DNA of 64,000 bases from Babesia bigemina (taxonomy: Eukaryota): the NCBI RefSeq assembly GCF_000981445.1, contig NC_027218.1:2232001-2296000 (forward strand), given 5' to 3'. A program made the position numbers and the translations under genes. Below, piece by piece: positions 13,401 to 23,247 of the stretch (within the stretch, counting starts at the first letter, position 1; each line of letters opens with the position of its first letter). The notes under the pieces were generated by a model. That model searched no databases. It was not told the DNA's origin and saw nothing but the letters and a program-made list of their open reading frames with translations.

Positions 13401-14287
13401 TGCGTAAACACGAGTTCGACCGAACTCGACGAGTTGTGCGTCATTGCGATGACGAACGCGATGAACAGCGGGTTGGCCGTCCATAACAAGGGCACATAGA
13501 GCGAGTTGATTTGCTTCTTCAGCGAGTCACGCGAGATGTGGCATGGCGCGCACGTGATTAGCGGGAACCAGCATTCCTTGTCGAGGCACGTTTTCTCTCC
13601 GGAGCAGAGGAACATGTAAATGGTGAAGGCAGCTGCGATGGCGCACATCCCGGCCGCCAGGCAGCACAAGAACATAAGCAGCATCCTTGACCGTGATATG
13701 TAGAACAGCATCGCCACATCCTTAGAATCGCCTCCCAGCAGCCAGTTGCCCACGAACCAGCATGATAGCAGTGGCCCCGCCATGGCAGTTCCCACGAAGA
13801 ACGCAGTCAGACGGTAGTAGGTGTAAGCCACCCCCCCAGGCATCGAATAATCTGTCATACAGTAGATTGCCGCCGTCTGCGCCATGCCCGACAGCATGGC
13901 GGTCGCCGGGGCGAACCTCATGAGACTGTTGACCCGCAGGTGCAGGTCGCTGCTGTTGGCCCATATGTACCCCGCGGCACCGCAGTAGCAAACTGTCAGC
14001 ATACATTGTTCCACAGCCAGGGAAATCCTTCCTCCTAGCCCAAACAGAAGCGCGATGGATGCCCCAATGAACGCGCAGAATATGATCAGCTGCCTTGTCT
14101 TGTAAAACGCGTTGGAGAGTTCAGCGTTTATCCCCAGTCCATCCAGCAGCGCGATGCTGCACACATACCCTAATGCGTATACGAGGGTCACGCTGATGCC
14201 CACGAAGAAGTAGGCGACGCAGCTGAATACCGGCGTGACTCCGCGGAGCCGCCGGTCACGGTCGTCGTAGTCGAACGAAGACGCCAT
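7469..14287 (-). CDS. 2272-aa multi-pass membrane protein, Tpr/equilibrative nucleoside transporter-like fold with a giant His/Cys-rich insert
   Basis: Single uninterrupted ORF. About 8 hydrophobic helices in the first ~310 aa and 3 more at ~9390-9665, two His tracts and a Cys-dense central region. The N-terminus (AYFFVGIS..ALLDGLGINAELSNAF) resembles piroplasm Tpr-related proteins. Confidence 0.6.
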   Translation of the reverse strand: MASSFDYDDRDRRLRGVTPVFSCVAYFFVGISVTLVYALGYVCSIALLDGLGINAELSNAFYKTRQLIIFCAFIGASIALLFGLGGRISLAVEQCMLTVCYCGAAGYIWANSSDLHLRVNSLMRFAPATAMLSGMAQTAAIYCMTDYSMPGGVAYTYYRLTAFFVGTAMAGPLLSCWFVGNWLLGGDSKDVAMLFYISRSRMLLMFLCCLAAGMCAIAAAFTIYMFLCSGEKTCLDKECWFPLITCAPCHISRDSLKKQINSLYVPLLWTANPLFIAFVIAMTHNSSSSVELVFTQFIVYAVAAIAPAWLAYFENPPPQGAFFGHNAAMRRMLGVKYANRREVLKTTGADALLSVCRQGGRLSGVATYEESIGNSGMRAVSHLKNRKLNVARVSSNTQWTLLQGELWAQWQTRDATYLLCTQAVEKIYHTLYDLGNLYSGSLYDNVDEIMKQYCDFINCNGTLYGIPFSIDPSWDSIQLLHKMLLHQKTVLTLQLERTGTMYADGLTERVGVASCSFINRIPTLGECCVSILKPIVNTKKDKDEHHEHGKITIKHSANAGIRAISHCSCCFLSTQENIRKFLKSSIGSVKERCSSLSKDIYNQEMFKERGDAPEKLSLELEKRLMCMLRSFCESVLLLIDTLCLIDELLLLQEWLCRLCWDVKDLYRKLQQRPECSCEEHDHDSDSEHEHGEEHHSDHEHHDDDHEHHEGDNAGEESHDEEDHDDHGHGHGHGHGHGHHHGGGSGHREKTPKCVWKLLEKLVKMLCKVIVMMHSYKNELIRRIEEMSKCHAGSKHSEALYDDELSAVGLMNTTRVMVIVTRSISDLLQLNETMEKRGETTQSDKKSKADYCTGAYHLLLPSAEYLHDIMTRMLSPGETFLETVMDDVVFWYSGLTNTIGQLCPDIERKDKSSYSSLFHKDKEVEMKMPKDEILKEYGNTTKELLNACLKGSGDTARLLEERVKNYKESYGAVGADSMEKTKCLSSKSYAFTSQLNPCLKTVEPSKSDTCDSAEKIQNHAKSCIDHLGKLLSCTKEATVDCSKIDELCNQFDVIACGESPVASCSENCCKDGSESSRFAAVLTKLLECVSSLEKLKCDASTHSGAECSCCADEQGSLGAKDICNALYAILRYCFCCDNCTPGTYNTLSCGVLYIFHSVCTSSGKGLKCAKSPPCSVSGSMSHQTCLCSSSSPECQLCAKLKTVCSDSSDECCRNPVCWRERIRCYVLCGETCCNSHEMSKPLDCEGNCACSTNTCNDTCKLRGLFDSLFHCKTCLQNSQSSIQQVEDAPPAYKCNMKDCQCNITIAMKSGSNKKMGTTCCSHRLGCALRIITDDVTALKHNASQLKGGLEKLTQCAEKITESVKKVNESLTTLCKLLQFAHCGLQKRMAKVGKMYEVANKVRIGFPCYKTEINQIALAEKQVVDVLLKLLGFCLKVAHQHILFIQNITWTLATITMQCLRLNFLNKKITRIKEQINRVWLSLIGMKGSQKSALGVVTSSPGFSTLSTEDKLSVVYNARLKGERASQRFKPNLDNYSDATPFACLKYIWVLLCFWAVMGFFHWFGVQRSVANSKTLLTAITALSAMHLSSAVMSGTLHRGAGNGAGGKMGTRINLMVLLGIAVIFILSWISNITGTYRDTANSLNYVTEKLRVVGIYDNGQPPATQLIKSTVTKTFLSDLQSAFGIWGLSGPSRAGSIPLWYVLGPLSHTTAGANPHYTRSIPRKEVTFHDFLVNQSMRPIKSLEWVLNLMSFLQLFPDDAQMINVSAPFMRNLNPDAQLLWVGWETNTYLTDNFMNSMAFFHNVLHDLNLDLLDELHHLGKMEYKLKLISLWNTFYKGQSDTVPLQATKFNVERNMVTSKQRQLQQEEIAVRYINDWHKYHTWLANCSKYVYERKRYYEKRLAEEEVAAETDIVEEPKVTVSWLESVRRSFSSGESSTDVSQPTPKAPIATEDWDSDGDDSDCGNSDLDWVESPGCWKLRKRIAERFSGKKNKSERGDAISHNKNPAAPSRTGDGYHKRDERYPNLVEPADPLEWLLVNEPCTECVEHFKRQGSQVFSDGSEKAILVLSTGRLYEDIQDTGELLEEAAGWRRKKEAFCNNSSEFQEACLAAVRETYDRVVEFAEDDNEGNLVKLLHDTITEMKAAKGDSHTHDHSHGHDHGHDHSHSHGDGHGHGHSHHKKIKAPKPKAYLPSTLRDKNEVATLYREALLTAHHEQSGKSRSEASEKHRRAIVRATQTEDPTRDWWQLLTWMGQWSIFNGMPVSQRDVRYLVL
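7754..7846 (-). repeat. Low-complexity His-X repeat (SHTHDHSHGHDHGHDHSHSHGDGHGHGHSHH)
   Basis: Read directly from the translation; 6-nt periodic gtgacc/atgacc units. Confidence 0.9.
12052..12256 (-). repeat. His/Asp/Glu-rich low-complexity tract ending HGHGHGHGHGHGHHH
   Basis: Read directly from the translation. Confidence 0.9.
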
Positions 14288-15110
14288 TGGGAACTGCTGC
14301 TATTTGACTCTCAGTGCTCCCTCATATTTCTTAGTAATCACCCTAAACTCCTGGTAGGCCCTCATTGCATACCGGTCCCCTGGAAGCTTCGAGATGGCAA
14401 TCAGCAGGCAGTGAAATAGCGCGTATATCCCTGTAAGAGCGGGCTGCTGCACAACAGCTGGCGTTTGCTAGGTTTTAAATTAAGTCGAACAACGGGCGAT
14501 TGCTTGGGCGCCGCGGGATTCATGCCTGCCCTCTTCGTCGGGATGGGTGCTGCTAGGGCGCCCCTGTTGACGGCCGTCACAGTGAACACGCCAAACGGCC
14601 TAGCCCATATAACTTCAAACCGCGATTTTAAAACGCAAGGGTGCTGTGTTTATCTCATGTGTGCCACGTTCCAAAACATTTACACCCGAAAGCGTAACAC
14701 ATCGTCTATGGGAAGTAAAGACGGGAATGCGTTCATACGCTCAGGCAAGTGCTCGTCGCTGCCTTAGTACGGTCATAATCTTACATGGAAATACTAAAGC
14801 GCGTATTGGTGTTACTATTTAGGTCATTTCTTTTCATGTGCAGACTGCGTGCCCTGTCTGGTTGTGATAACCTCAATGCGTTACTCCTCGAACGGCACAT
14901 AAAATTGCAATAATATGGAACTATAATCCTATTGCGCCTGTAGTATTTAAAGCCTGCCGGCAACCTTTGATACCGCCATCGGTCACCGAAGCTCAATAGG
15001 CTGCGTCATATATCGCCGCCTCCGTGACAACCAAGCAGTATCGCTTCACACAATCGCTTTATATAATGCCATGTGTGCTAAAATATTGCCATAAATAGAT
15101 CGCGACCACA

Positions 15111-16332
15111 ATGTCTGATCCCAGATTCCATCATAATTCCTGTTGTCGCAAAGTTCTCGTCGACTTCTCCTATATCGGCACCGGGTTTCACGTAGGTGCA
15201 CCGTGATCGTGCGTGTGACAGCGTGAAGGGTCTGGCGTATCAACCGGATGAGCCTAACACCGTTGAAGGCCACCTGTTCGCCGCCTTCGCCAAGGCGCAT
15301 ATAGCAGCCAATGTCCTAAACAAGTACGTCTGCATCGGTGTCAAGCCGTAACGAGTACGCAGCGGTTACGAGAGGTGTGGGAGAACTGATACTGGCGTCC
15401 ACGCCCTTCACAACTACTGCTCCTTCTTCATGGACCCGTGGTGAGTGAGGCCGTAAATACCTGGCAAGTCATTCAGCTTCCCCGAGGACCCTTCCGCCAC
15501 GACGGCACCTGACAGCAACGAAAGGCGCGTATGCTATCGCATCAATACCTTCGTCAAGGCGGTGAACAAACACCTGCCCCGGTCCATTCGCGTGAACAGC
15601 GTCCAGAGGGTGGCCGACGACTTCAGCTCCAGGTACACCACCTCCCACTCATCCCCTTATATCTTTACTCAAACACAGGCACAACTGCGTTCGCCGAACT
15701 TACAAGTATTTCTTCCAGCTGGGAGCCATGAACTTGCCCCTGATGCAAGAGGCAAGCCAGCATTTTGTGGGTTACACCCGATGACCCATTGATGCTCCAC
15801 AGGTTGGCAGCCACAACTTCCGCCAGTTCTGCAAGCAGGACAATCGCAACCCAAAGGACCCCAACCGCACGATATACTCGTTTACGGTGGAACGCTACAG
15901 CGATTTGCTCTGTGTTGCCACTGTATGCGGCCGCTCCTTCCTCTGGCACCAGGTACTCCCATCACCAGTGGAGTGTGATGACGCTTTTGCAGGTGCGGTG
16001 CATGGTCGGGGCGCTGTTTTTGGTTGGAGAGGGCTCTATATCTGCTTCAAAGATAGCGGAGTTGCTGCAACGTCCAGATGAACCCAAGTTTCAGTGCGTA
16101 CACCATCCACGTTATGCGGTTCCATGACACGCAGGTACAAGATGGCAAGTCCACATGGGTTAATACTGGTTGACTGCAATTTCGACATGCCAACTGTACC
16201 CCGCCCGGTAAGCAGCCGAAGCGCATACAAGGTAGGCGAGCCCACCTACATCACGCATATGGATTTCAGGAGCTGCTGGATGACGCTATCCAGACGCTAG
16301 GCCCCATGTCGCTACTGGCGAAATGTGAATGA
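15111..16332 (+). CDS. tRNA pseudouridine synthase, TruA family (Pus3/Deg1-like), many short exons
   Basis: FSYIGTGFH|GLAYQPDEPNTVEGHLF, catalytic RCGRTDTGVHA, GRSFLWHQ|VRCMVGALFLVG and MASPHGLILVDCNF; stop TGA at 16330-16332. Confidence 0.88.
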
Positions 16333-17372
16333 GTATTACAGCGCGTTTGGGTCGTTTATATGAGCACGGCTAATCAATCTACTGTGCATATCGCTCGGTT
16401 GGGTCGACCTCGTGTGTTTAATTATCGCATTACGTAAATTGCACTGTACACGACCCGCATTAACTAAATACTATGGCATATAGTACATAAGAACAACTAG
16501 TGTTGAGATGAAAGTAACCCATACGATTAAAAGTTGCTGAAACAATATGCCAATGTGGACTGCCACTTCCGGTGCTGACAGTTAGGACGGTCAATGAGAA
16601 CTAGGAGCTTGTTACACGGCATGTAGATGACTACCTAAAGCATGGTATTCAGCAGGGAGCACGCAATCAATCATATGAGTGCTGGAATGTCCGCAAACAA
16701 TAGTAGCACGCTCGCTTCGCACACAAGGTGGAATTTATGGAGTTTCCTAGGTATCTGTTGGCACCTCTACGACTCGACATGGCGCTAAATGCCGCAGAAG
16801 GTAGCTGCGTGACGTTGTCATGAGGGCTACAGACAGGCCATCGCCAAACCTCTACACACAACAGCCACACGGCTGCACATGGCGAGTGGCAGCCACCGAC
16901 GGCGCCCAAACCTCAGCTGTGCGGCTGCTAACGCCTTTCTGGCGGCAGAGGCTCAGCCAGATGGCTGTTAGACAGCCATGTGTGTGGGGTCTCGGGCGTA
17001 CCCGGCGCACTCGCTGGAGGACCCCGGAGCCCTAAACACGCAAAGCTGTATTTGCGCCGGTTTCAAAGCGACTCGGTCCTCCGAATACGACAATCTGGCG
17101 CAACTGTGTTGCGGTGAAGACCTGGTCGGCTGTATGTGTACACACGCCTTCGGAAAAAGCGGGACGTGGAGTATCGGAGCCGCCACATTACGTACCGCGA
17201 CGATTCCATTGTAGAAACGCTAGTGAAAATTTCGGGGGTTGCTACATTGCCCGGATCAACTGGAGGTGGCGCTTGCTATGTGCCGCTCTCCACGACGTAG
17301 ATCGCAAATAAACGGCCGAACCGCCGTTTATTACAATTAACGCGTTTCTGGTCACTGCAACGCTGTACTCTC

Positions 17373-18740
17373 ATGGCGGGTGAGTCTGAGAGGGGCGGCG
17401 GCGGCAGCGCTGGCAAGGGTACGGATGGCAAGAAGTCGATGGACGATGCCCCTTCCCCCTCGTCCCCCAAGAAAAACTGCAGGCTGATGGAATACGGCGA
17501 TCACGCGCCGCAGTCTGATGCCCCTCCAGCGAATTCCGAAACTGGGAGCAGCTGCGGAGTGGGCAAGGATGGCAGCGGTACCGAGACACCCGCCGCGGCA
17601 TCAACGGCATCAGGTACCGCCAGCGCTGCCCCTGGGCGTTCCCCTGGTGGTACAAGTGTGGCTGGCCGTGCAAACAAGACGGGTGAGTCGAGTGTGTCAA
17701 CCGGGCGACCCGCTACGGGGTCGTCTCACGTTACAAGACGGTTGATGACGGACACCGCCAACATCAACGTCGACGAGCTGGTGCAGTCGATGGACGCCAA
17801 CCAGCCGTCGCCGGGCGAAAGCGACGACGAGAAGGAGGAGCGCATGCGCCAGTCGGAAACGCAACGCATGCTGCGGGAGTTGACGGCGGACTCCGACCTG
17901 ATGAACCAGGTGATGCGGGCCGCGACCAACCCGGAGATGGCCAAGGAGCTTGCGCGACAGGCCGATACCGCCTGGAGAAACATCGAGGCTGTGCCCGGTG
18001 GCTTCCGGGCGCTGTACCAGATGCACCGCAACATCCAGCAGCCACTCTGGCAGGCGATGCTGAACGACGGGCAGAAGGCTTCCACGCCCCCCAGGCGCCA
18101 CGGGAGGTCGAAGCTGCCGAACCCCAACGAGAAACTGTCGGTGGAGGCGCTGCCAAACCCGTGGGTTACGTCTCCTCCGTCGTTTCCGGCTTCACCAGGC
18201 ATGCCCCCTTCATTGGGAGGCCTGGGTGGCATGCGCAACAACTCGAACATGGGCGGCCTGGCGAACCTGCTCTCCTCGATGCCGATCTCTCCCAGGCGGG
18301 AGTCCTCCAAGGGCAACGAGTCGCCACTGAGTTTGAGTCTGATGAACACGCTTAACCCGTATATACGGGGCACCGGCGTGGACACCTCGGGGTCGTCAAG
18401 AGACTCGGGTGCAAGCGGGTCCAGTTCCAGCAGCGCGGCAACGTCCGGGCGCCACAGCGTCGTTAGCAACTCCGGCTCCGCCTCGCACGAGTCTGCGGCT
18501 TCGCCGGTCGAGGCACTGACGCCGAGCGCGACTGGATCGGAGGACGAAGTTGCGGAGCCCACCAACCCAGTGAGCGAAAAGTACGCCGAGGAACTGGCGC
18601 AGCTGGAGGAGATGGGCATATACGACCGGGACCGCTGCATAACGGCCCTCGAGGCGTCGGACGGCGACCTGTTCACGGCCCTGGGGCTGCTGGAGAGCCT
18701 CGAGGAGCTCGACAAGGCGGAGCCGGGCGAGGGCGCTTAG
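17373..18740 (+). CDS. Ubiquilin/Dsk2-like protein (STI1-like region plus C-terminal UBA)
   Basis: AATNPEMAKELARQADTAWRNIEAVPGGFRALYQMHRNIQQPL and EALPNPW are ubiquilin hallmarks; the UBA is YAEELAQLEEMGIYDRDRCITALEASDGDLFTAL. Confidence 0.8.
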   Translation: MAGESERGGGGSAGKGTDGKKSMDDAPSPSSPKKNCRLMEYGDHAPQSDAPPANSETGSSCGVGKDGSGTETPAAASTASGTASAAPGRSPGGTSVAGRANKTGESSVSTGRPATGSSHVTRRLMTDTANINVDELVQSMDANQPSPGESDDEKEERMRQSETQRMLRELTADSDLMNQVMRAATNPEMAKELARQADTAWRNIEAVPGGFRALYQMHRNIQQPLWQAMLNDGQKASTPPRRHGRSKLPNPNEKLSVEALPNPWVTSPPSFPASPGMPPSLGGLGGMRNNSNMGGLANLLSSMPISPRRESSKGNESPLSLSLMNTLNPYIRGTGVDTSGSSRDSGASGSSSSSAATSGRHSVVSNSGSASHESAASPVEALTPSATGSEDEVAEPTNPVSEKYAEELAQLEEMGIYDRDRCITALEASDGDLFTALGLLESLEELDKAEPGEGA

Positions 18741-18812
18741 GCCGTTCGCCCCAACTGTTTCGTAAATGTTAGTGTAGAGATACTTTACATTCAAACGACG
18801 TTCGTGGTGCCA

Positions 18813-19802
18813 TCATAGCGTAGCAGCCTCCCCAGGGCGCGAAAGCCCGTACAGCATCGTACAGAAGTCGGTGTAGTTGATCACGCCGTCGCGGTCCAGG
18901 TCCACCTCGTTGAAGATCTCATCGACGAAGTCCTCGGAGAAGTCGCACCCCTTCATGTCGCCCTGGAAGAAGCGGCGCATGTTGTCACGCGTGATCACGC
19001 CGCGGTTCTCGAGGTCGAACACCTTGAACGCCTTCTTGCAGAAGTCCTTCTGCATGTACACCTCCTCGTCGATGGACGCCGCCAAAAACTCCACGTAGTC
19101 GATCGCGCCGCTGCCGTTCGTGTCCAGCTTCTCCACCAGACGCTGCATCGCGGGGTCGTACTGGCCCTTCACCTTGTCGCTCTGCAGGCCGTTCACGATG
19201 TCCCGCACGTACAGCACGCCGTCGCCCGCGTTGTTCAGCACGTTGAACACGGTGTTCAGCGAGCCGATGTCGCCGTCAGACAGTTGGTGCGCGATGCACG
19301 TGAGCGCCAGCTGCTTCATCGTGCTGTAGTTGTCGAACTTCTGGAAGCGCTTCACCAGGTCCCTGGTCAGCGAGTGCCGCAGCACGGGGTTCACGTGGAT
19401 GCTGGTCGCGTTTTTCAGGATCCACTCGTGGTTGAAGGCGGCCTTGGCAGTCAGCCGGTAGCGGGGGTCGTACGAGAGGCACCGCGTTATCAGGTCGATG
19501 GCGCCCCTCGAGATCTTCTTCCAGTGGTGCGGCACGAAGTTTATCACGCCGCGCTTCACGTTGTTCAAAATCGTGGCGTTGTCGTTGCCGTGGAAGGGCG
19601 GGTAGCCCACCAGCATGATGAACATGATCACCCCGGCGCTCCACACGTCGCAGCTCTTGTCGTAGTTGCCGATGAGCACCTCGGGGGCCACGTAGTACGG
19701 CGTGCCGACCAGGCTCGTGAACTTGTGCGCCTTGCAGCACTTCGTGGCGAAGCCCCAGTCGATCACCTTGATGGGCGAGTTGTCGCTCATGTTGGAGTAC
19801 AG

Positions 19803-19838
<36 letters not shown>

Positions 19839-20872
19839 CTTGCCGTGGCAGTAGGCGATGGCCGAGAAAATCTGGCGCATCATCGTCGCGGCGTACTGCT
19901 CGCTGAAGCACCCGCGCCTGACGATCTCGTCGAACAGCTCCCCGCCTCCGCACATCTCCATCACCAGGTACAGGCACTCCTCGTCCTCGTAGATCTCCAG
20001 CAGCTTCACGATGTTCGGGTGGTCCAACGTTTTCCTGCGAAATTGTCAAGGACCGCAATTGCGACTTACATGATGGTAATCTCACGTTTCATGCGCATGG
20101 CGTTCTCGATGTGGGCCTTGCGGATGACCTTGACGGCCCTCACCTCGCCGGTCTCCTTGTGGCAGGCCTTCAGCACCTGCCCGTAGCTGCCCTTTCCCAG
20201 GCGGCTGCTGTGCAGGTCGTACACGTCGGTGATGCTCTTCCCGTCCACCAGCGCGGTCTCGTGGATGAGGAACGACCGGTCGAAGGTGGGCTGCGACTCC
20301 TTGCCCGGCTGCTTGGGGTCCTTCACGTACTTGAAGATCGGGGTCTGGATCAGCAGACCCTTGAAACCCCGGGTGATACGGTCCTCGTCCGGCATGCACT
20401 TAGTGCACAGCGAGTTGTACTCGGGCTTGTGGCTGCCGCCCATGCTGGTGGCCGCCTTGAACTTGGGCACCGCGCCGTGCTGCTCGGAGGAGTACGCCCT
20501 GGCGAGGGGGTTGTGCGTGGTCCAGGAGCTCTTGTCCTGGGTCTTGTCCTTGTGGCAATCGTGCTCGTGGCACCCAGGTTTCACGGGCGAAACGCTGCTC
20601 ACGATGGTGCTGTGGGTGGCCGCCGTCGTGTTGGTCACAACGTGGTCGATCGCGTTGGGGGGAAGTTCAAGCAGCGAAACGTCTGCACCCTCAGGGTGGT
20701 TCTTGGCATACTTGGCGGCGTGCGCCTGGGGGCTCCGGCGTGGCGTGCCTTCAATTCGAGGCGACTTGCCACCTCGCAAATTATCGGCGTTATCGAATCG
20801 ACCATCATGGTCCACCTGCATGCTGACCTGGTTTGGATCACACCGCGCGACTTTCCCACTTATGCGCTCCAT
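18813..20872 (-). CDS. CDPK5: Calcium-dependent protein kinase, CDPK5-like (2 exons; intron 20035-20069)
   Basis: Kinase motifs LGKGSYG, AVK, HRDLKPEN, DWG and APE, followed by EF-hands (DTNGSGAIDYVEF, DLDRDGVINYTDF). The long N-terminal extension, DWGFA and MKREITIMKTLDHPNI match apicomplexan CDPK5. Confidence 0.85.
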
Positions 20873-22800
20873 ACCCGATGCCTCGTACCTCTCAAAATGT
20901 AGGGGAGTGCTCGCTCAAGCTGACCGGATGGCGTGACGCTAGCAGCCGTACGCCACCGTGACGTAATGGCAAGTTCCGTGCTCCCGGAGTCAACGACTTA
21001 ACGATGCCTCGACAACGGGTCGATAAACGCTCAGTAATGCTAACAGTGTCTATATCCGATATTCTCTGTGTTTCCACCCGAACTCCATCTAAGTTGGGGA
21101 CCCTGCCACCCGCTCCCTGCTCCTCGTCGAGGTTTCTGCGCGGCCGCGGTTCGAAGGTGTGCAATCTAAAATACAGAAGAACGGAATCGCGGCATGCGAT
21201 ACGAAACACTTCAGTCTGACGGCATGTAGCCTCACTGCCAGCCAGAGCTCAGCTGCCGTGCCTTCAATCCTCTATATCTAGCAGCGCATAAACGCAGCTC
21301 ACCACGCCCTCGCTGGCCAAAGCACGGACGACAGTGCGCGTAAAGGTACCTTCCGGTGATGCTAAGCGTGTCTTCCTGTACGGTTGGATGGAGTGTGCCC
21401 TTTAAAACGCCCGCTCATGACGGAAGGTCGATTTGCACTGATACTGCGACCTTTCTCAGCAAGGGTACAACAAGCAGCCCCTCGAATGCGAACGCTCAGA
21501 GCATAACGCAGGAAGGGGACTCCTCGGTCCGAAAGTTACAAATGTTAGTCTTTAAGGTGCCGCGAGATAGCAATGATCCGACTCCGTGTCTTCGGCCAAG
21601 CGCAGAACCACCCGGCACGCATCGACGCTGTCTTCCAGAGTAGAAGCCCCGCAACAGCTGACCCCGGCAACAAATTTTAATTGCGAAGCGAAAGCTGTGC
21701 AACGGACAAGCGCGCCGTCTGCACGAGCCGTTCGTCTCGGCGCTTCTACGAGCGTAGCCCGACGTGTGAACACTGCGAAGCGTGCAGTCGTGCGCGAGTG
21801 CCAAATGCGGCAAGTCACACGATTCCCCCGGCGTTTCAAGGCGGTATTTTCCAAACGAACCTTCTCGCGTTCGTTGACGGCGGTCAATGTGTTAAATCAA
21901 AAACGATCCGGCGTTTAGGCAGAGAATCATCCGCTCCACGGCCGGTAATGTACAAAATTCCAAAATACGCGCAACTGACGTGACGTCTTCCAGCGCCCGT
22001 TTTCAGCTGCATGGCGGATACCGTGCCAGGCTGGCTGTACGTGCCAACGTCGTTATTTGCGGTGTGACCGCGGCGACGACACTGGGCAAATAAATTGCAT
22101 CCAAAGAGGACGCTTGGTCACTGGTGTGCGAACAGTTTGCGGGCCGCAGCGTGTCGACGTAGCATTTTCCGCTCCCAGCACTCCTGCGGCGGCGCGCCCC
22201 AAATCGCAATCAAATCTCCGCGAACTTCGTATGCACGTCCCGTTGCTACTGTAGCAGTCGGGGACGGCAAGTTTTCAGTGGATGGCTGCAATATTCCACC
22301 TGTTGTGTTCCGTCCTAGTCCGCGCCACGCTGTCCTGACCGGCGCTGGAGGTCGTATCCGTCTCTGGGAGTAGTCGGCCAGTCCATCCTTGGTGTGCGCC
22401 TAGCAGCTACATACGCATGCAACAAATCGCCGCAAAATTATAGCGCCGCATCTAGCAGTGTTTGTCACACAGTCGCACGCCGCCTTGGGTGTCTGCTCCG
22501 ACGCGGACCTACAGTCGTTCTGTCTTCCGCGCCACACTCCATTGTTACGCTCCACATAAGCCATTGCGGGGAGTTTCGTACCATTTTTAGCGTCGTTATC
22601 GGTGGAGGCCGGGCGACATTGGTGCAGCAGCTAGACAGCGGGGCTGTGCGACAGGCGCCGACTAGGCACTCGTAATCGTTTGCGTCACAACCAGGCCCCT
22701 TTTTATAACGGGCGTCACGCGCTTTTATAATACCTTGCACACTGTGTCGACTACACGTTGGCGCATAGCATCCGTTAACGCCTATCGCCTCGGCTCTGCC

Positions 22801-23247
22801 ATGGCCAGCTGGGCGATACACGCGGCTCACGAAAGCGCGGGAAGAGGTGAAGCGGGAGCTGTCGACGCGAGCGGCAGGGGGGAGGTTGTGGAGGAATCAC
22901 TGGTGCTGCTAGATTTCCCTGATTTCCTGACGACGTCGGTGTTCGACGGCGCGGTGTTCCGGCAGGTCTCGGAAGACGCGACGGGCAGCACGTACGCGAT
23001 TGACAATTGCAACTTCAACTCGCTGCGTTTGGAGGGTTTGGACGGCGCGGAACCGAAGTGTGTGCTGAACGGGCAGATCCCATTCAAGGGTAAACGGGTG
23101 TCTGAAGGGGTGACCTACTTCTGCTTTGACATCGCAGAGCCCAACGCGGAGTCGGAAACGAACCACAACGAGCCCAAGCGCAACGCTCCGTACTTGCGAG
23201 AGTACTGGCACACGGAAAAGCTGATCCAGTTCAACACGCCGATCTGA
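22801..23247 (+). CDS. Putative TFIIIC subunit 6 (GTF3C6/Sfc7 triple-barrel domain)-like protein
   Basis: EESLVLLDFP...LRLEGLDGAEPKCVLNGQIPFKG...GVTYFCFD...YWHTEKLIQF follows the TFIIIC_sub6 pattern (LVLV..., GLDT.xP.L....F.G......GT...F, HT.K.L.F). Confidence 0.55.
   Translation: MASWAIHAAHESAGRGEAGAVDASGRGEVVEESLVLLDFPDFLTTSVFDGAVFRQVSEDATGSTYAIDNCNFNSLRLEGLDGAEPKCVLNGQIPFKGKRVSEGVTYFCFDIAEPNAESETNHNEPKRNAPYLREYWHTEKLIQFNTPI

Noticed and set aside
14340..14348. Single telomere-like ACCCTAAAC upstream of the giant membrane gene
   Set aside because: An isolated 9-mer is plausible by chance in 64 kb.
19276..20936. Long alternative-frame and antisense ORFs over CDPK5 (similar ones over OSBP, the myosin-like gene, CWF19L2 and CDC40)
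   Set aside because: These are shadow ORFs expected from high GC3 codon usage and show no protein motifs.
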